Source: Klebsormidium nitens
Lineage: Eukaryota > Plantae > Klebsormidiophyceae
Length of the DNA stretch: 64,000 bases
Reading direction: 5' to 3'
NCBI GenBank assembly: GCA_000708835.1
Contig: DF237420.1
Location: 1-64,000 of the forward strand
The notes under the pieces were generated by a model, which did not search any database, was not told the DNA's origin, and saw only the letters and a program-made list of their open reading frames with translations. Positions 12,701 to 25,516 of this stretch are shown here, piece after piece (within the stretch, counting starts at the first letter, position 1; the number at the start of each line of letters is the position of its first letter). Made by a program: the position numbers and the translations under genes.

Positions 12701-15058
12701 AATGGGCTGGAAAAGTTTCTGGCCGTTGAATCTCGGAGCGGATTTCAAGGTCCTGCGAAATTCACGGTACAGAGTTTCGATGCAATTGAGGGCTAAGATG
12801 CCGTTGACTGGAGAGGAGGAGCACTCGGCCACACGCGGAAAGTCGCCTGGCAAGGTATCCAAAATGAGGTCCTGCAAAACTAGGATGAACCGGAACCGAA
12901 ATCTGAATCGGATGAGAGGAGCATAGTTGGCAGTCAGGACTCGAAGGCATCCGACGGCTGAGATGGGCATCGACTGGCCAAGGAAACTTGTTGAGAGTCG
13001 TTAGTCGCGCTCGGATCAAGCACAAACAGCGCGTCGTTTGTAAAACTCGTACTGGCATACCTAGTGAAAGGAGAAACGAGCAGAATGTACTGGGACTACA
13101 GGAACCTGGAAGGATTATGTGTGAATACGTCAAATGTTGAAAGCGAGGTACAGCACGCGTCTCAGATAGTCAGGGGCTGCTTGCATTCACAAGAATCCGT
13201 ACCAAAAGCGCACTGAAAAGGCTTGAGCGCTCAGGTCCTAATGTTCGGAGTCTGCCGCAAGATCTGTGGGAGGGTATATACATGGAACGGCCCACATCAC
13301 ACATACCAATCTTTGAATGTCTGCGCTCCAGTATGAATATCACTTGCCTGAAAGCGGCTACAGTTGGTGAGTCTTTCCGGCTCGAACGCAAATCGAGTCT
13401 CCTATAGCTTGTTTACACCTCTAAAATCACACAAGAACGCAGATGCACGGTGACCAGAAGGGAAAGGACCAGCTCTTCTGTCACCGAGAAGTTCTTCAGA
13501 ATCACATACAGAATCTGCTTCAGATAAGCTCACCGCGGGCTGCCAGTTTGTGCTAGGGTCTTTTAGCATCGGCACAATCTCCGCTTCCATCCAGTCCGTC
13601 AGTGACGCCACGACCTCCGCCCCGTTTTGTGTGAGACTGTGGGTCTTTCCCCACGAAGTTTGTCGGCGCTGTTTTGGATGCGTAGCGCTGGGTTTGGGGG
13701 GGGTTAAGACCGGAGTAGGCTCTTGGGCTGGGGGCAGTTGATTTGGGATTGCAACGGGCACTGCCCTGGAAGAACAAGACAGAACTTCGATTTCTGCAGA
13801 TTCTGAGAGTTGTGGAGGTTGGTGTGCTTGATCAGGTGCGAAGGCACGTTTGGAACTGATTCCTGAAGACGAGCACACTGCTCTTAAAGAAGTGGATGCC
13901 AATTCTGCTTTTGGTTCTGAGCATTGCGTCACTCATGTATGGAAACTTGACATCATGATAGACAACATCTTGAAATTGTGACGACCCTGAAAGAACGAGG
14001 CGACAACTCTTCTTTCTGCTGTGACTTTTTGTGGGTTCAAAGTGACCCCAAGCCTGTGCGACGGAGTATGCACTGGGAGTAACCTGAGCACTGATCTTGT
14101 ATAGGGAGTGACCTTTCACAGCTCTTTTCAACCAAACCCCTTACTTGAAAATTAAATGATAAATGATAAATGCAGGCTGGTCTAGTTGACACTAAGACTA
14201 GGAGGTTGGTCGGAAGGAGTTGTAGAAAGTGACCTTGTATGGAGTAATCTTCTGGTTATGACCAATCTCCTTGAAGACATATAACTCTGACAGGGCTTTG
14301 TAAACTTTTGACGTAAAAAGGTGAACGGGGCGAGTGCTTCCCGTTCCTTCTTGCAGGACTAGGGAGAAGGTGGACCGTACCGCCACGGCCTTTTCCTTGG
14401 CACAGCCCACTCATCACTTCCTTGTCTCTTTATATCTATCCATTGAGACCCACTTTGATAGTATGAGAGCACGTCCTGCTCAGTGGCACTATCCAGTTGC
14501 AGCATTGACCCTTCCAGTTATGAAAATGACCAAGATGAGAGCCGAAATCAGCATAGGCGTTTCATCACACATGGGACAAGCCTACTCCTATCTATGATCA
14601 GCAGTCAATCGAGTTAGCAATTAACCACTTCTCGAAGGGCCGCTAACCCCCACCATTGAGCATGAAAAACTATCGAGCACGAAATGTGGCCTAGCTCAAC
14701 CAGCACTGACAGCTGGTTCCAAGTCAACATGGGTCTGGGCCAGTCATGTTTCGATGCAAAAAGGCAACAAAGCCTACTTCCTATCAAAAGTATCAGCTCA
14801 TTTGGGGCTAAGTCACCTTGCAATGTCAGCAACCTGTGTCATTGAGCAAGCCACTCTGGGACGGCAGCCGATTATCGCAGGGTCAATTCCTCTCCCGCGT
14901 TTCAGCCCTCCGGTTCTGTATTGCCCCAGAAGCGAGCGCTGTAAAACCAGTTTGCTGGCCAACCATGTCTGCAAGGCACCCTGCTCTTGGGGAATCGTGC
15001 ATGAGAAACTAGACACTGGGCAGCGCGTGTCAACATGTGGCAAGACTGCCAAGGCCAT
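9726..15058 (-). CDS. SAD: Soluble plastid acyl-ACP desaturase (stearoyl-ACP desaturase family), copy 1; 6 coding exons, 460 aa
   Basis: Exons (minus) 15058-14817, 13765-13534, 12235-11900, 11363-11043, 10295-10176, 9857-9726 total 1383 nt with matching phases. Motifs are [55 protein letters not shown] and FSWIFNREV. All di-iron ligands are present. Exon 1 (MALAVLPH...RPRVACSM) looks like a transit peptide and is the least certain exon. Confidence 0.92.
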
Positions 15059-16154
15059 TGTGGTGTCAATTGTTTGGCTGGATGCCTGGTGCGCTGATCC
15101 AAATCCGTTAGAACACTGTCAGCAGCTGAAAGGCGAGCCCAGCTCAGATGTAACGCTGGGCAGTATTGGGCAGCTCAGGTAGAAGTTTGCTGCTCGTTCT
15201 TGTTTCTAAGTCTGGTTCTGCTGCTTTCAAGACCGAAATGCTAAGGAAGGACAGCTTACTAAACGGCGCGTGTCGGCATGAGGCCGTGTTTCCAAGGCTA
15301 CTAAGCTTGACCGATACTCGTGCGTGAATGGGCAGCTCGGATTGAATGCGGCTTTGATCTGCAAGGTGCTACACAGCTTTTGATCAGCCTTGTCAGCTCA
15401 AGCGGACCGGCAATACCTATATGTTGCATCGGATTAGCCCGCTTTGTTATCCAGGAGTCGTGAATTTGTCTGAATCAGAGATTGAGGTAGGTCTATTCTT
15501 TGCTTGTCAAGCTAGCGACATGCAGGAATGAGAAAACGTGGGACTAAAAGTTGAATGACCCTCAAGATTTCAAAGCCGCTGATTTGACTCGAGCTCCTCT
15601 GCAAAATCCTTCAGACACGTTTCCTGAATCTGCAAGCAGACCGTGTGGAATTGCAGCCCGAAAAGCCTCAGCTGGCTAGCTCCCAGTGCTGGATACATAT
15701 ACATGTAGAACAACTTAGCTTCTAGTACGTTTAGATCTACCGTATTCTGGATTGGAAGAAGCAACCTCACTCAGTCTTCTTCTACTAGTACAGAGCGGAC
15801 TCTTTAAATGTACCTACGGTATCGTGATCGACACGCGGACAACCTGGTACCCAGGACCGTACCTAATTGGTTAGCACGGCATTATGCGGGGAGAGCGTAT
15901 GATGTCGGATGATGGTACGGAACATCGCCTTTTCAGCGACTGTGAGCTCGAGGTCTCGGGCGTTCAGTCGCCTGGACTCACAAGTCACTTCAATGCCAAT
16001 TATCGTACGGCCCCGCCCCTCTCCGTGTTCACTCGGAAAAGGATGAACAATCTGAGGACACCACGCTCATCAGCTGGAGACGTGGGACTCCTATACCTGG
16101 CGATGGTCGCCGGAGCGCGGGTGCCAAACCGCACGGCGGCCCCTGGGAGGCGGC

Positions 16155-16506
16155 NNNNNNNNNNNNNNNNNNNNNNNNNNNNNNNNNNNNNNNNNNNNNN
16201 NNNNNNNNNNNNNNNNNNNNNNNNNNNNNNNNNNNNNNNNNNNNNNNNNNNNNNNNNNNNNNNNNNNNNNNNNNNNNNNNNNNNNNNNNNNNNNNNNNNN
16301 NNNNNNNNNNNNNNNNNNNNNNNNNNNNNNNNNNNNNNNNNNNNNNNNNNNNNNNNNNNNNNNNNNNNNNNNNNNNNNNNNNNNNNNNNNNNNNNNNNNN
16401 NNNNNNNNNNNNNNNNNNNNNNNNNNNNNNNNNNNNNNNNNNNNNNNNNNNNNNNNNNNNNNNNNNNNNNNNNNNNNNNNNNNNNNNNNNNNNNNNNNNN
16501 NNNNNN
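16155..16506. other. Assembly gap (352 N) in the SAD1/MATE divergent intergenic region
   Basis: Run of n characters. Confidence 0.99.
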
Positions 16507-17167
16507 CGCGCTACCCAATGCGTACAAGTTAGTGAGTTGGGGTCGGGGTGGGTTTTTGCATGTCGGTTTTTGTCAGCTGCAGTGCTCATTCTTATCAATT
16601 AAAAGCAGCTGCTGGAAACGCAAGTACGGTACCTACGGTAGCTCATGCTTCTGCATTATTTGCAGAACTGCATTTTGCACCTGTTCCTAGCCTCGTTTCT
16701 TATGCAGATCAGCTGGCAGATGTTCAATCCCCCTATCCTCAACAAAGCCAGGCTGTGCCTGGGTGCGGTGTCAAGATCTCATCTTCAGGGCACTGGCGCA
16801 AGCGTTGAAGCCAACACCCACAGCTCGGAAATTGCTAGTAGGGTCAGAAGGGCCGCTTTTTACACACTTTGGTTCCCTTCAAGTCATATGCCCATTGGAA
16901 CCAAATTTGCCAGCTTCACCTATAGTAAATTCTGATCAGATGGGCTTTCCAGTAAAGCACGCTCCTGGTTATTCGCAGCAAGCAGACTGGACCTGATGTC
17001 CCTGCGAATAGCTCAGCAACAGCTCACCGATCTAAGGCTCGTAGCGGAATACTTCCGCTCGACAGTGACCACTTTCTCCCACATCAACACTTTTGTTGAT
17101 TGAGCATCTGTGCAAGTTCAGCAAATCAGCCCGCTTACGACCCGCCGAAGACGCCCCGAAAATTTCA

Positions 17168-20100
17168 ATGGCTACCGGCACCCCCTCCCCTGCGCTACAG
17201 AAAACCGCCATGCGATCCCGGGACATCGAGGCTGATGACGAAAGCGCGCCCACTCCTGCGGCGCCACCTGGCGCTTTCCCAAGCCCCAGCACCTCGGCTG
17301 CACTCAATGCAGAAGCAGCGGAACTGCGTGACGGATCTGACGTGCCGTGGCACGTCTATTCCGCAGAGCTCAAGGCACTCTTTTCGCTGTGCGGGCCGCT
17401 CGCGCTGTCGGGGTTTCTGATGTACGCACGCCTGCTCATATCGCTGATGTTCCTGGGGCGGCTGGGCGCGGTGCCGCTAGCAGGTGAGCGATTGCTTGTT
17501 GGTGCACCTAGATAGCTTATTCGTCCTGTATCAGGAGCTCAAATGCAGCTCCATGTCCCGGCGGGGTCCAATGCTTCTGTGGATTCAGAGCTGAAGATTT
17601 GATGCGCGTGCATTTGCAAGCGAAGCGGTGGGCAGTGATGTTGCTAGCACGACGCCACCTGATCCCAACGCCAGCCTCAGCTAGCTGATTAACTTAGCAT
17701 CCAGTACAACCAACATTGTGCAGCTTGGGTGTGAGCCATGTTGGGCTGATACACAATCGCTGCATTCGCATACAGCTGCACATTCAATGGGTTGATGCTA
17801 AAATGTAGCCACTGCAGAAGGATTAGATCGTTTATGTACCAATTTTAGAAGTGCCCACTCAGAAAAGTTTTGGAGGGAAGCTTTGTGGCTGAGGTTCAGC
17901 TGTGCTTCTGTGCCCTTTTGACATGCCAGGCACAGTCTGCTAGCTGCTATAGTGGCAATGCCCGCTGTCTCAACTATGAAGCAACTTTTCTGCGCATGAG
18001 TCTGCGTCTTGTCAGTGCAGGTAAGACACGAGCCGCTGACAGGTTGGAGAAGCTTCTAAAAGGTCACCGCCCGATCTGATAACCACAATGCTGTGACAGT
18101 CCCACTTAAAGCGGCAACAAGTTTTCAGCTTTTTGAATCTTCAGATCCCTTGCGGCTTAAGCTTCTCCTTTTACTCATTTTCATATGAAAAGGTCAGGGA
18201 TTCTTGCGCGTTTGGGTTTTCAAGACCCAAGAATTGCAGCTCCACGAAACTCCGCCCTTTACCCAGAATAAGGCTGTATATTTATCCGGAACTTTGGCTC
18301 CATTGAGGCTGAAAGAAAATCAAAAGCTTCCACTGGAGTACCCCTGCTCTCGCTCCGTCATTCCCTTGCTAAACTGGCCTCCGAAAGAAATCCATGTCAG
18401 AACCCAAACCCAATCCCAGATTCTACGTCCAGGTGGCGCCCTCGCACTCACCGTCGTGAATGTGACGTCCTTCTCACCTCTTTTCGGTCTCACTTTGGCG
18501 CTCGAGCCCCTCTACGGACGGGCTTATGGGGCCAAAGACTTTCGTGCTATGGTAGGTCGCCACCTTTTCCCATTCCTTCTTCTCAAAGTTTCAACCGTGT
18601 CGCTCTGAGTTTCAAGACAGGATGGACTTACACCCCTTTCGGTTTAAACATTCTGGATTATGTCACGCCCAAACGTGCTAGCTGCCCTTTGCTGGAACAC
18701 ATTGTTCGGAGAAATGTGACCCTGCGAAAGACATCCGCATCTCCGAGCAACGCTAATTCGGGAGAGTTGAACAGCCTGATTGTATTTGCTGGTACGTGAT
18801 TCAAGCTGATCCAGTGTCTCAGCCGATGGTCATGTGGGCATCCTGGAAAAGCCCAGGCTACCAACCGACTGCCAGGCTGCTTTTACTTGGAAACACACAA
18901 AAGCGAACCGGCGAGTTGAGAAAGGAGACATTGGAGCAGAGGATCAGAGCCTTCGGCCATCTGCAGCGACGCATGGTGATTCGTGTTCTCACTTCACTTG
19001 CTGGGATGTTTTAAAACGTCCCCAAGACGCCAAGCGTTTCCTAGCCCGGTTTTTGACTTCCACAAGGGCGCCTAGTGGCTGCAGCGAGGCGCGGTCACTT
19101 TTCACCTCTTCACCTGCTTGCAAAAGTCACAGGTTGTTTGAGCGCCCCAATGCGCTAGGTGTGTAATTAATGAACTCTGTTTTATAAACCCGCTTTCTCC
19201 AAGGGCGCCTGGCAGCTGTAGTGAGGCGTGGTCTCTAACGAACCTTTTGACTCCCCGCTTTTGCAGCGTACCCTCGCTAAAAGCCCCGGCCACGTGACTA
19301 ATCCGGTTCCTTAACCCCGCTTTCGTACAGGGCGCCTGGCTGCAGCGAGGCGTGGTCACCCTCCGTCTCTTCCGGACCCTCTTACAAAACGTCCTTGTTT
19401 GTGCAGCGTATTCTCGATGAACGGCCTGTCCGAGTTACTAACCCGGTTCCTTAACCCCGCTTTCTTACAGGGCGCCTGGCTGCAGCGAGGCGTGGTTATT
19501 CTGTGGCTCTTCAGCGTCCCCATCTCGGCTCTCTGGTGGAACGCCGAGAAAATCCTCCTCTTGCTGCGCCAGTCCCCTGAAATCGCGGCGGCCGCGGGGC
19601 TTTACCTCCGATTCCTGTTGCCAGATGTCGTGCTCACGGCCACTGTCATGCCGGTCCGCATGTTCCTCCGGACGCAGGTACGTCAATACGCAGATTTAGG
19701 GATTGAGGGATGTTAGGTGTATGCGAGCATGTAAACAATTACGTTCACACGCATGCATACAGGTGCTCAGGTCTGCAATCATGTAGGTAGGTACGTGGTT
19801 TCTATAGGCTTTAAGCATCTGTGGTTACACGTACTCCAGTCCAAGAGGATCTGGATCCGCGCAGGTTCCCAGGATATACAGCGCCGTTTAGTGTTCCCAG
19901 CGGTCTCGTCATTCCGTCTGATGTGTAGGCGCAGGGCTGGACTCCTACAAGGTTTTTTCTCTCTGCAGGGCTATGCAAGCTACATCCTTTACGCAAACGT
20001 GTTCGCCTTCGCTCTCCAAGTCCCGCTCACCGTCCTCTTCATGGACTACGCGGGTTTGGGAATGGGGGGCGCCGCGATCGCCTCATTCTGCTACAACCTT

Positions 20101-23100
20101 GTGCTGCTCATTCTGTTGATTTCGGTCGGCCTCTGGCGGGGGCTCTTCGCACGCTGCTGGCCCGGCCTTTCGCCCCGCGTTTGGGCCAGCGACTGGAGCG
20201 TATTTTTGGGGTGAGGAANNNNNNNNNNNNNNNNNNNNNNNNNNNNNNNNNNNNNNNNNNNNNNNNNNNNNNNNNNNNNNNNNNNNNNNNNNNNNNNNNN
20301 NNNNNNNNNNNNNNNNNNNNNNNNNNNNNNNNNNNNNNNNNNNNNNNNNNNNNNNNNNNNNNNNNNNNNNNNNNNNNNNNNNNNNNNNNNNNNNNNNNNN
20401 NNNNNNNNNNNNNNNNNNNNNNNNNNNNNNNNNNNNNNNNNNNNNNNNNNNNNNNNNNNNNNNNNNNNNNNNNNNNNNNNNNNNNNNNNNNNNNNNNNNN
20501 NNNNNNNNNNNNNNNNNNNNNNNNNNNNNNNNNNNNNNNNNNNNNNNNNNNNNNNNNNNNNNNNNNNNNNNNNNNNNNNNNNNNNNNNNNNNNNNNNNNN
20601 NNNNNNNNNNNNNNNNNNNNNNNNNNNNNNNNNNNNNNNNNNNNNNNNNNNNNNNNNNNNNNNNNNNNNNNNNNNNNNNNNNNNNNNNNNNNNNNNNNNN
20701 NNNNNNNNNNNNNNNNNNNNNNNNNNNNNNNNNNNNNNNNNNNNNNNNNNNNNNNNNNNNNNNNNNNNNNNNNNNNNNNNNNNNNNNNNNNNNNNNNNNN
20801 NNNNNNNNNNTATTTTTGGGGTGAGGAAAATTAGACCCTGCTTAACCCCCTGCTTAACCCTGTTGAGTTTACGTTAACCCCTGTTCGGTCGGCCTCTGGG
20901 GGTGTCTCTTCGCGCGCTGCTGGCCCGGACTTCCGCCCCGGATTTGGGCCAGCGAGTGGAGCGTGTTTTTGGGGTGAGGAAACTCTGCTTGACCCCCTTC
21001 TTAACCATCTTACTTCACGTGAAACCCTGTTCGGTTGGTCTCTGGGGAGGGCTCTTCGCGCGCTGTTGGAGTTGAAGTGGTAGATGTAGTGCCGTCTGGG
21101 CCTACAGCCTGGAGTGTCGCCCCGGGTTTAGGTCAGCGAGTGGGTTAGAAAACCCTGCTTAGTTCCCTGCTTAATTCCGCTGAACCCCCTGACATCATCC
21201 TAAAAACACAATCCCCAAACCGTGGGTGTCCTTCTCCTGGGCTCTCCCGCATATCAGAGTAAAGTGACGATGATTTGGGGGCGAGAGAGCCCTGCTGGAT
21301 CTGACATCATCCACATCATCTTGATTGAAACAAGCAGTAAACCTGTGTCCCAGTTGAGAGCCTCAAGCTTGTGAGTGAACGGCCCTCGTATTTAGCGAGT
21401 CCAACCTGAGAACTGAGAGATTCAAGCGGAAGATCTGCCTGTTGGGCTTTGGATGCGGTTTTAGGCGAGCGATTATTCTTCCGTTGGTGGGGATTCAAAT
21501 GAAAACCATCAGTAGAACCCCCAAGCCCTAATCCTAGACTCAGCCCCCCTGCATGTCTGTTCCAAGTACTTGTGACCTCCATTCTGTGGCACTTGCACAG
21601 GCCTACCGTTTCCATGCAATAAGTTCACGTAAAAGACCACCTGGGCCTTAGGAGGAACAAAGCGATTGTGCTAATTAACTTGCATGGAGGTGCAGGAAAA
21701 GTGGCAAAACTCTCGACATGCTTCTCTCTCTCTGTGCAGCCTCGCCATTCCTAGTTGTTTCTCGCTGTGCCTCCAGTGGTGGGCGTACGAAACGGCGACC
21801 ATCATGGCGGGCTGGCTTCCGGTAGGTCGCCTTGTACCCACTGGCAGACACCTCCGGATCCCCTCGAGTTCGACAAAGGGCTTTGTTGGAGTACTCCATC
21901 CTTGTCAAACTCAACAGTACCGTTGTCTTCGAAACAGCCGCTCATTTCAGAACAGCTGATTGTCGGGCAGATTTGGTCATCTCCGGTGCAATCTTGTAAA
22001 GCTGAGATGTAATGCTTGCTCGCGTTGCTTGCTCGCGTTGCCCGAAATTCGTTAGCATCTCGTATCTATACACAAGGTTTCAATGAAAGCGATTTGAAGT
22101 TTTGAAGTCACGGAAGCGGAGCTGGAAGCTAAGCCGAGAGCTGCTCGCTAAGTCAAATATCGTTCCGTAGCTGCGAACGAATATCGAAAAGCTAGAGTGC
22201 GGCTTTGACTTATCAAGACAGGTGGTGACGTTATAGTCTGCACAGACACACCAACGCGTAACAGCTTATCTGGGAGCTGGAGAGCAGCTTCACATCTTAA
22301 AAGCTACGCCAACGTTTAACAACGAAGTAAAGGTTGCAGCACATATGTGAAACAAAAGCAGAGACTGGCAGATTGAGCAATCAGCTTCAGTGAAATCGCC
22401 TCCTTTTCGATCTGCCGCAGAAACCCGAGTACAACCTGTCGGCGCTCTCCATCTGCTTCAACATCAACGCGGCGCTCGCGGGGGTCAATTTCGCCACTGG
22501 TACCTCTTCGAGGTAGACCCCCCTTTCGGAATGTATTCCGTCTTGTGAAGCAGCTGATTGGGTTGAGATTCAAATCAAGGAGTTCGAACGAAACGGTCCG
22601 ACTGAAATCTATATATTACTGGGAAGATGGAAAAGTTTAGCTGGACAAGCAGAGGGTACAATGCGCAACAGTGGAGGTCAATTTAGACGTCTTGACCAGT
22701 GTGTGCTCAGCTCAAATTCCAACTTAGACTTATAAAATCGATGGACAATCAGTCGAACGAATGGGGCCGAAGTCCTAAGGACCCTTATGCCATCTGCTTT
22801 GAACGGCGTCGTTCGTTCTTAGACACCTTGGGTGCTGGTTGCCGCGCCATACATTAACCAGCTCTGAAGCGGGTCTGCTCTTTTAACATTGCAGAACCTA
22901 CGTAGCCCAGTGGCCGACAAAGTACTGTTAGAGTGTCCACTCGTACCTGCCAAATATATAGTCTTCCATTCAACAGTCACTTTACTGGCCTAACCTTTGT
23001 TGGAACGGTTGTTTGTTTGTTTGTTTTTTTTGTTGGCTTCCTTCAACCAATCAAAACCAGGTGCGAAGGTCGCGAGGGGTCCGAGCGGTTTACTCAAGGG

Positions 23101-23923
23101 GTCCGCTGGTCTAGTGCGACGAAGTAGTACATCTCTTCTAGTCTTGCCATTAATCAAAGCGTTTCAGGAAATTTAATCAAAGGCCCCCGTGATGTCCGTT
23201 TGAGTTCTCTGGTATTCGAGCTCAATCACAAAAGGCCGACTGGAAACATTAGAATCGGGACTCGCCGTTTGTTACAGCGCTCAGAACGAGCTCAAATCAC
23301 AACCTTCACTCGTCTTCCATTCCTCCGACCACTTTTTGACCCCGCTTCGGATCCTTGCTCTTTTCTAATGCAGCACGCGCATCGGAACGCTTATGGGCGC
23401 CAATCAGCCCCAGCTCGCGCGCGTAGCCTCGCGCGCTTTCATCTGGGTCGGGCTCGCGACCGGCCTCACCATCGGGGCCGTATACGCTATCTTCCGCGAC
23501 CATCTCGTATCCCTCTTCTCGGCCGAGCCGCACATCGTCCATTTGGGCGCGCAGCTCTTCGTCGTGTGCGCGTTTTACGCGATCGCAGACGGGCCCCAGA
23601 ATGTGCTCCAGGGCATCCTGCGCGGGAGTGCGCGGCACAAGGTCGTCGCGCTCTGCGTGCTCGCGGTGGAATACCCTATCGGCATCCCGGCCGCGTATAT
23701 GCTCGCGTTCTGGGCGAAGCTCGGCATACGCGGGCTGTGGATCGGGTCGCTTATATCGCTCTGCGTCCAGTTCGCGGTGCTATTCGTAATTTATCTGCGG
23801 ACGGATTGGGAGGAGCAGGCCGCGCGCGCGCAGAGGCAGGTCGCGGCCGCAAAGGCGGTCATGAAGAAGGCGGCCGTGGGGCCCGCCGCGGAGTCGGACG
23901 CTTCGACGCCCTTGTTGCAGTAG
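17168..23923 (+). CDS. MATE (DTX) family efflux transporter; 7 coding exons, about 535 aa
   Basis: Exons 17168-17483, 18433-18551, 19471-19677, 19969-20210, 21740-21821, 22421-22512, 23374-23923 total 1608 nt. The frame is continuous without needing an exon in the N gap. Motifs are MFLGRLGAVPLAGGALA, LEPLYGRAYGAK, LAIPSCFSLCLQWWAYE, STRIGTLMGANQP, DGPQNVLQGILRG and GIRGLWIG. The N-terminus resembles the plant DTX48-56-like group (from recall). Confidence 0.9.
18990..19470 (+). repeat. Three decayed copies of the MATE exon 3 acceptor plus exon start
   Basis: ag|ggcgcct(gg)..gc..cgaggcg.ggtc occurs at about 19065, 19202 and 19329 before the true exon at 19471. The nearest copy is the best conserved. 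Confidence 0.8.
20219..20810. other. Assembly gap (592 N) in MATE intron 4
   Basis: Run of n characters. The same 18-mer tatttttggggtgaggaa flanks both sides (20201-20218 and 20811-20828). Confidence 0.99.
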
Positions 23924-25516
23924 CGCCTGCATGTCACAACCGTCATTTATCGGCTATCCCGCTGCCTTATAGAACGTTGACGTATTCGCTTGTGGACTTC
24001 GGACGTCGGCGCTCAGATTTTAGCAGAAGGCAACGGGTGTACTTGTATGTCTTTTCACGCACACTTACTGGGACGGACCGACACTGCACGGATATCATAG
24101 CACTGGCAAAGTAGCAGTCAGTCCAGCCAAAAATGAGAAACAACCCAAACTTTGATTTGTTGTGACGCATACGTAGCGACAGTAGACTGAAGTACGGTAG
24201 CCCAGCTATCTTCCATTCTTAAAAGGCTGCGTATTAGTGACCGTTTCCGCTTCTCTATACTATGCGGCTGCCCCGGCGCGGCTAAGGCAGCCCGGCTGCG
24301 ATTGGACGGCTACCGTAGAGACCGACAATAAAATAAACTGCAGTACTGTGCCAACAATCTATATATAAGAACGTCTCGCCGTCATGATCCGGTCAATGAT
24401 TCACGTGCTCATGCCCAATGCCGGTTTGGCCAGCTCTTGACCGTTGCATTAAGCAACTATACATGAGTACGGTCTCCGACTTGCTAGAGCCTCGGAGCTA
24501 TACAAGTTGCGTGCGCCCGGCGTATAGTCTATAAGTCTGATATGCATATGATCGAGCGATATCGTTAGTACGCGTTTTGCGTCGCCGGAGCGGCGGCTGA
24601 GCAGATTGAGCGGATGACGGCCATAGTAGTATATGTGTAATCTTGGTTTTATTCGGAGATGCATGACTCACAGTCACTCCCACCCGGCGTGGTTTACGTT
24701 ACAATCTCGGATGTCCTCAAAACTGGACGTTGCTATGTGTTATACAGGACTATATATGTTGTCGGCGGACAATAAATACGCTAATTGGAAACAAGTAAAT
24801 CGGACGCGAATTCACGGCCGTCTGAGTCGAGTATTTGCAAATGTATTTTCGAGTATTCGCAAATACTTCTAACAGGGGCCGCGCGCGATCTGCATCATTG
24901 AAACCGTTGCCGGGAGCAGCGAAGGATGTGATTTTGATTGACCAGTGCTAATGCATGAGCCTTCTAGGATTCTATCCTTCGTAAACGTCAGGTTTAAGTA
25001 ACCATTCGTTGCGACCTGCACAACCTACGAGTCATCGTACAGTTCTGGCTTCAATGCTGCATGGACAGAAACTAGTTAGTACCGGCGTGGATGACTATTG
25101 CTTCCGAAAGCTCCTCGGAAACGTCACGCTTGCACGCCGGAGTCGTTGGAAAGAGCCCCGGGCCTAGCAAAGCCTAAAATTCCGGCCGAGTCTCAAAGGC
25201 AAACATTCGTGCCACGGTGCCTGTCAGGTCAGCTTTACCTGTTGTTACGTCATCCCGACGTTTTTCCTACCTCGAATCCTACTTTTGCGAACGGAGTGCA
25301 TTCCACGTACGTCGATGCTTATTAAGGGTAGTTTCTGTCAAGTGCGTAAGCAGTTTCCTTTTGGAGAACCAAAACAGGAGCCGGATCGAACGTTTTCCAT
25401 CAGTTTCTTGTAGCGGACGTTTCCGTTTTCAAGGCAATCAACACGTCACTATCATCGTGCGCCGCGCCGACTACCACAAATACAAAACGCACTTATTTTT
25501 CACAGTCGCGTCGAAA

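Noticed and set aside
15884-16690. Long ORFs at 15884-16690, 16000-16527, 16029-16598 and 20181-20834
   Set aside because: They are artefacts of reading through N gaps.
23200-24114. 304-aa Arg-rich ORF, and similar overlapping GC-rich ORFs at 38136-38528 and 36695-37258
   Set aside because: They are alternative-frame or antisense shadows of GC-rich MATE and GH3 exons.
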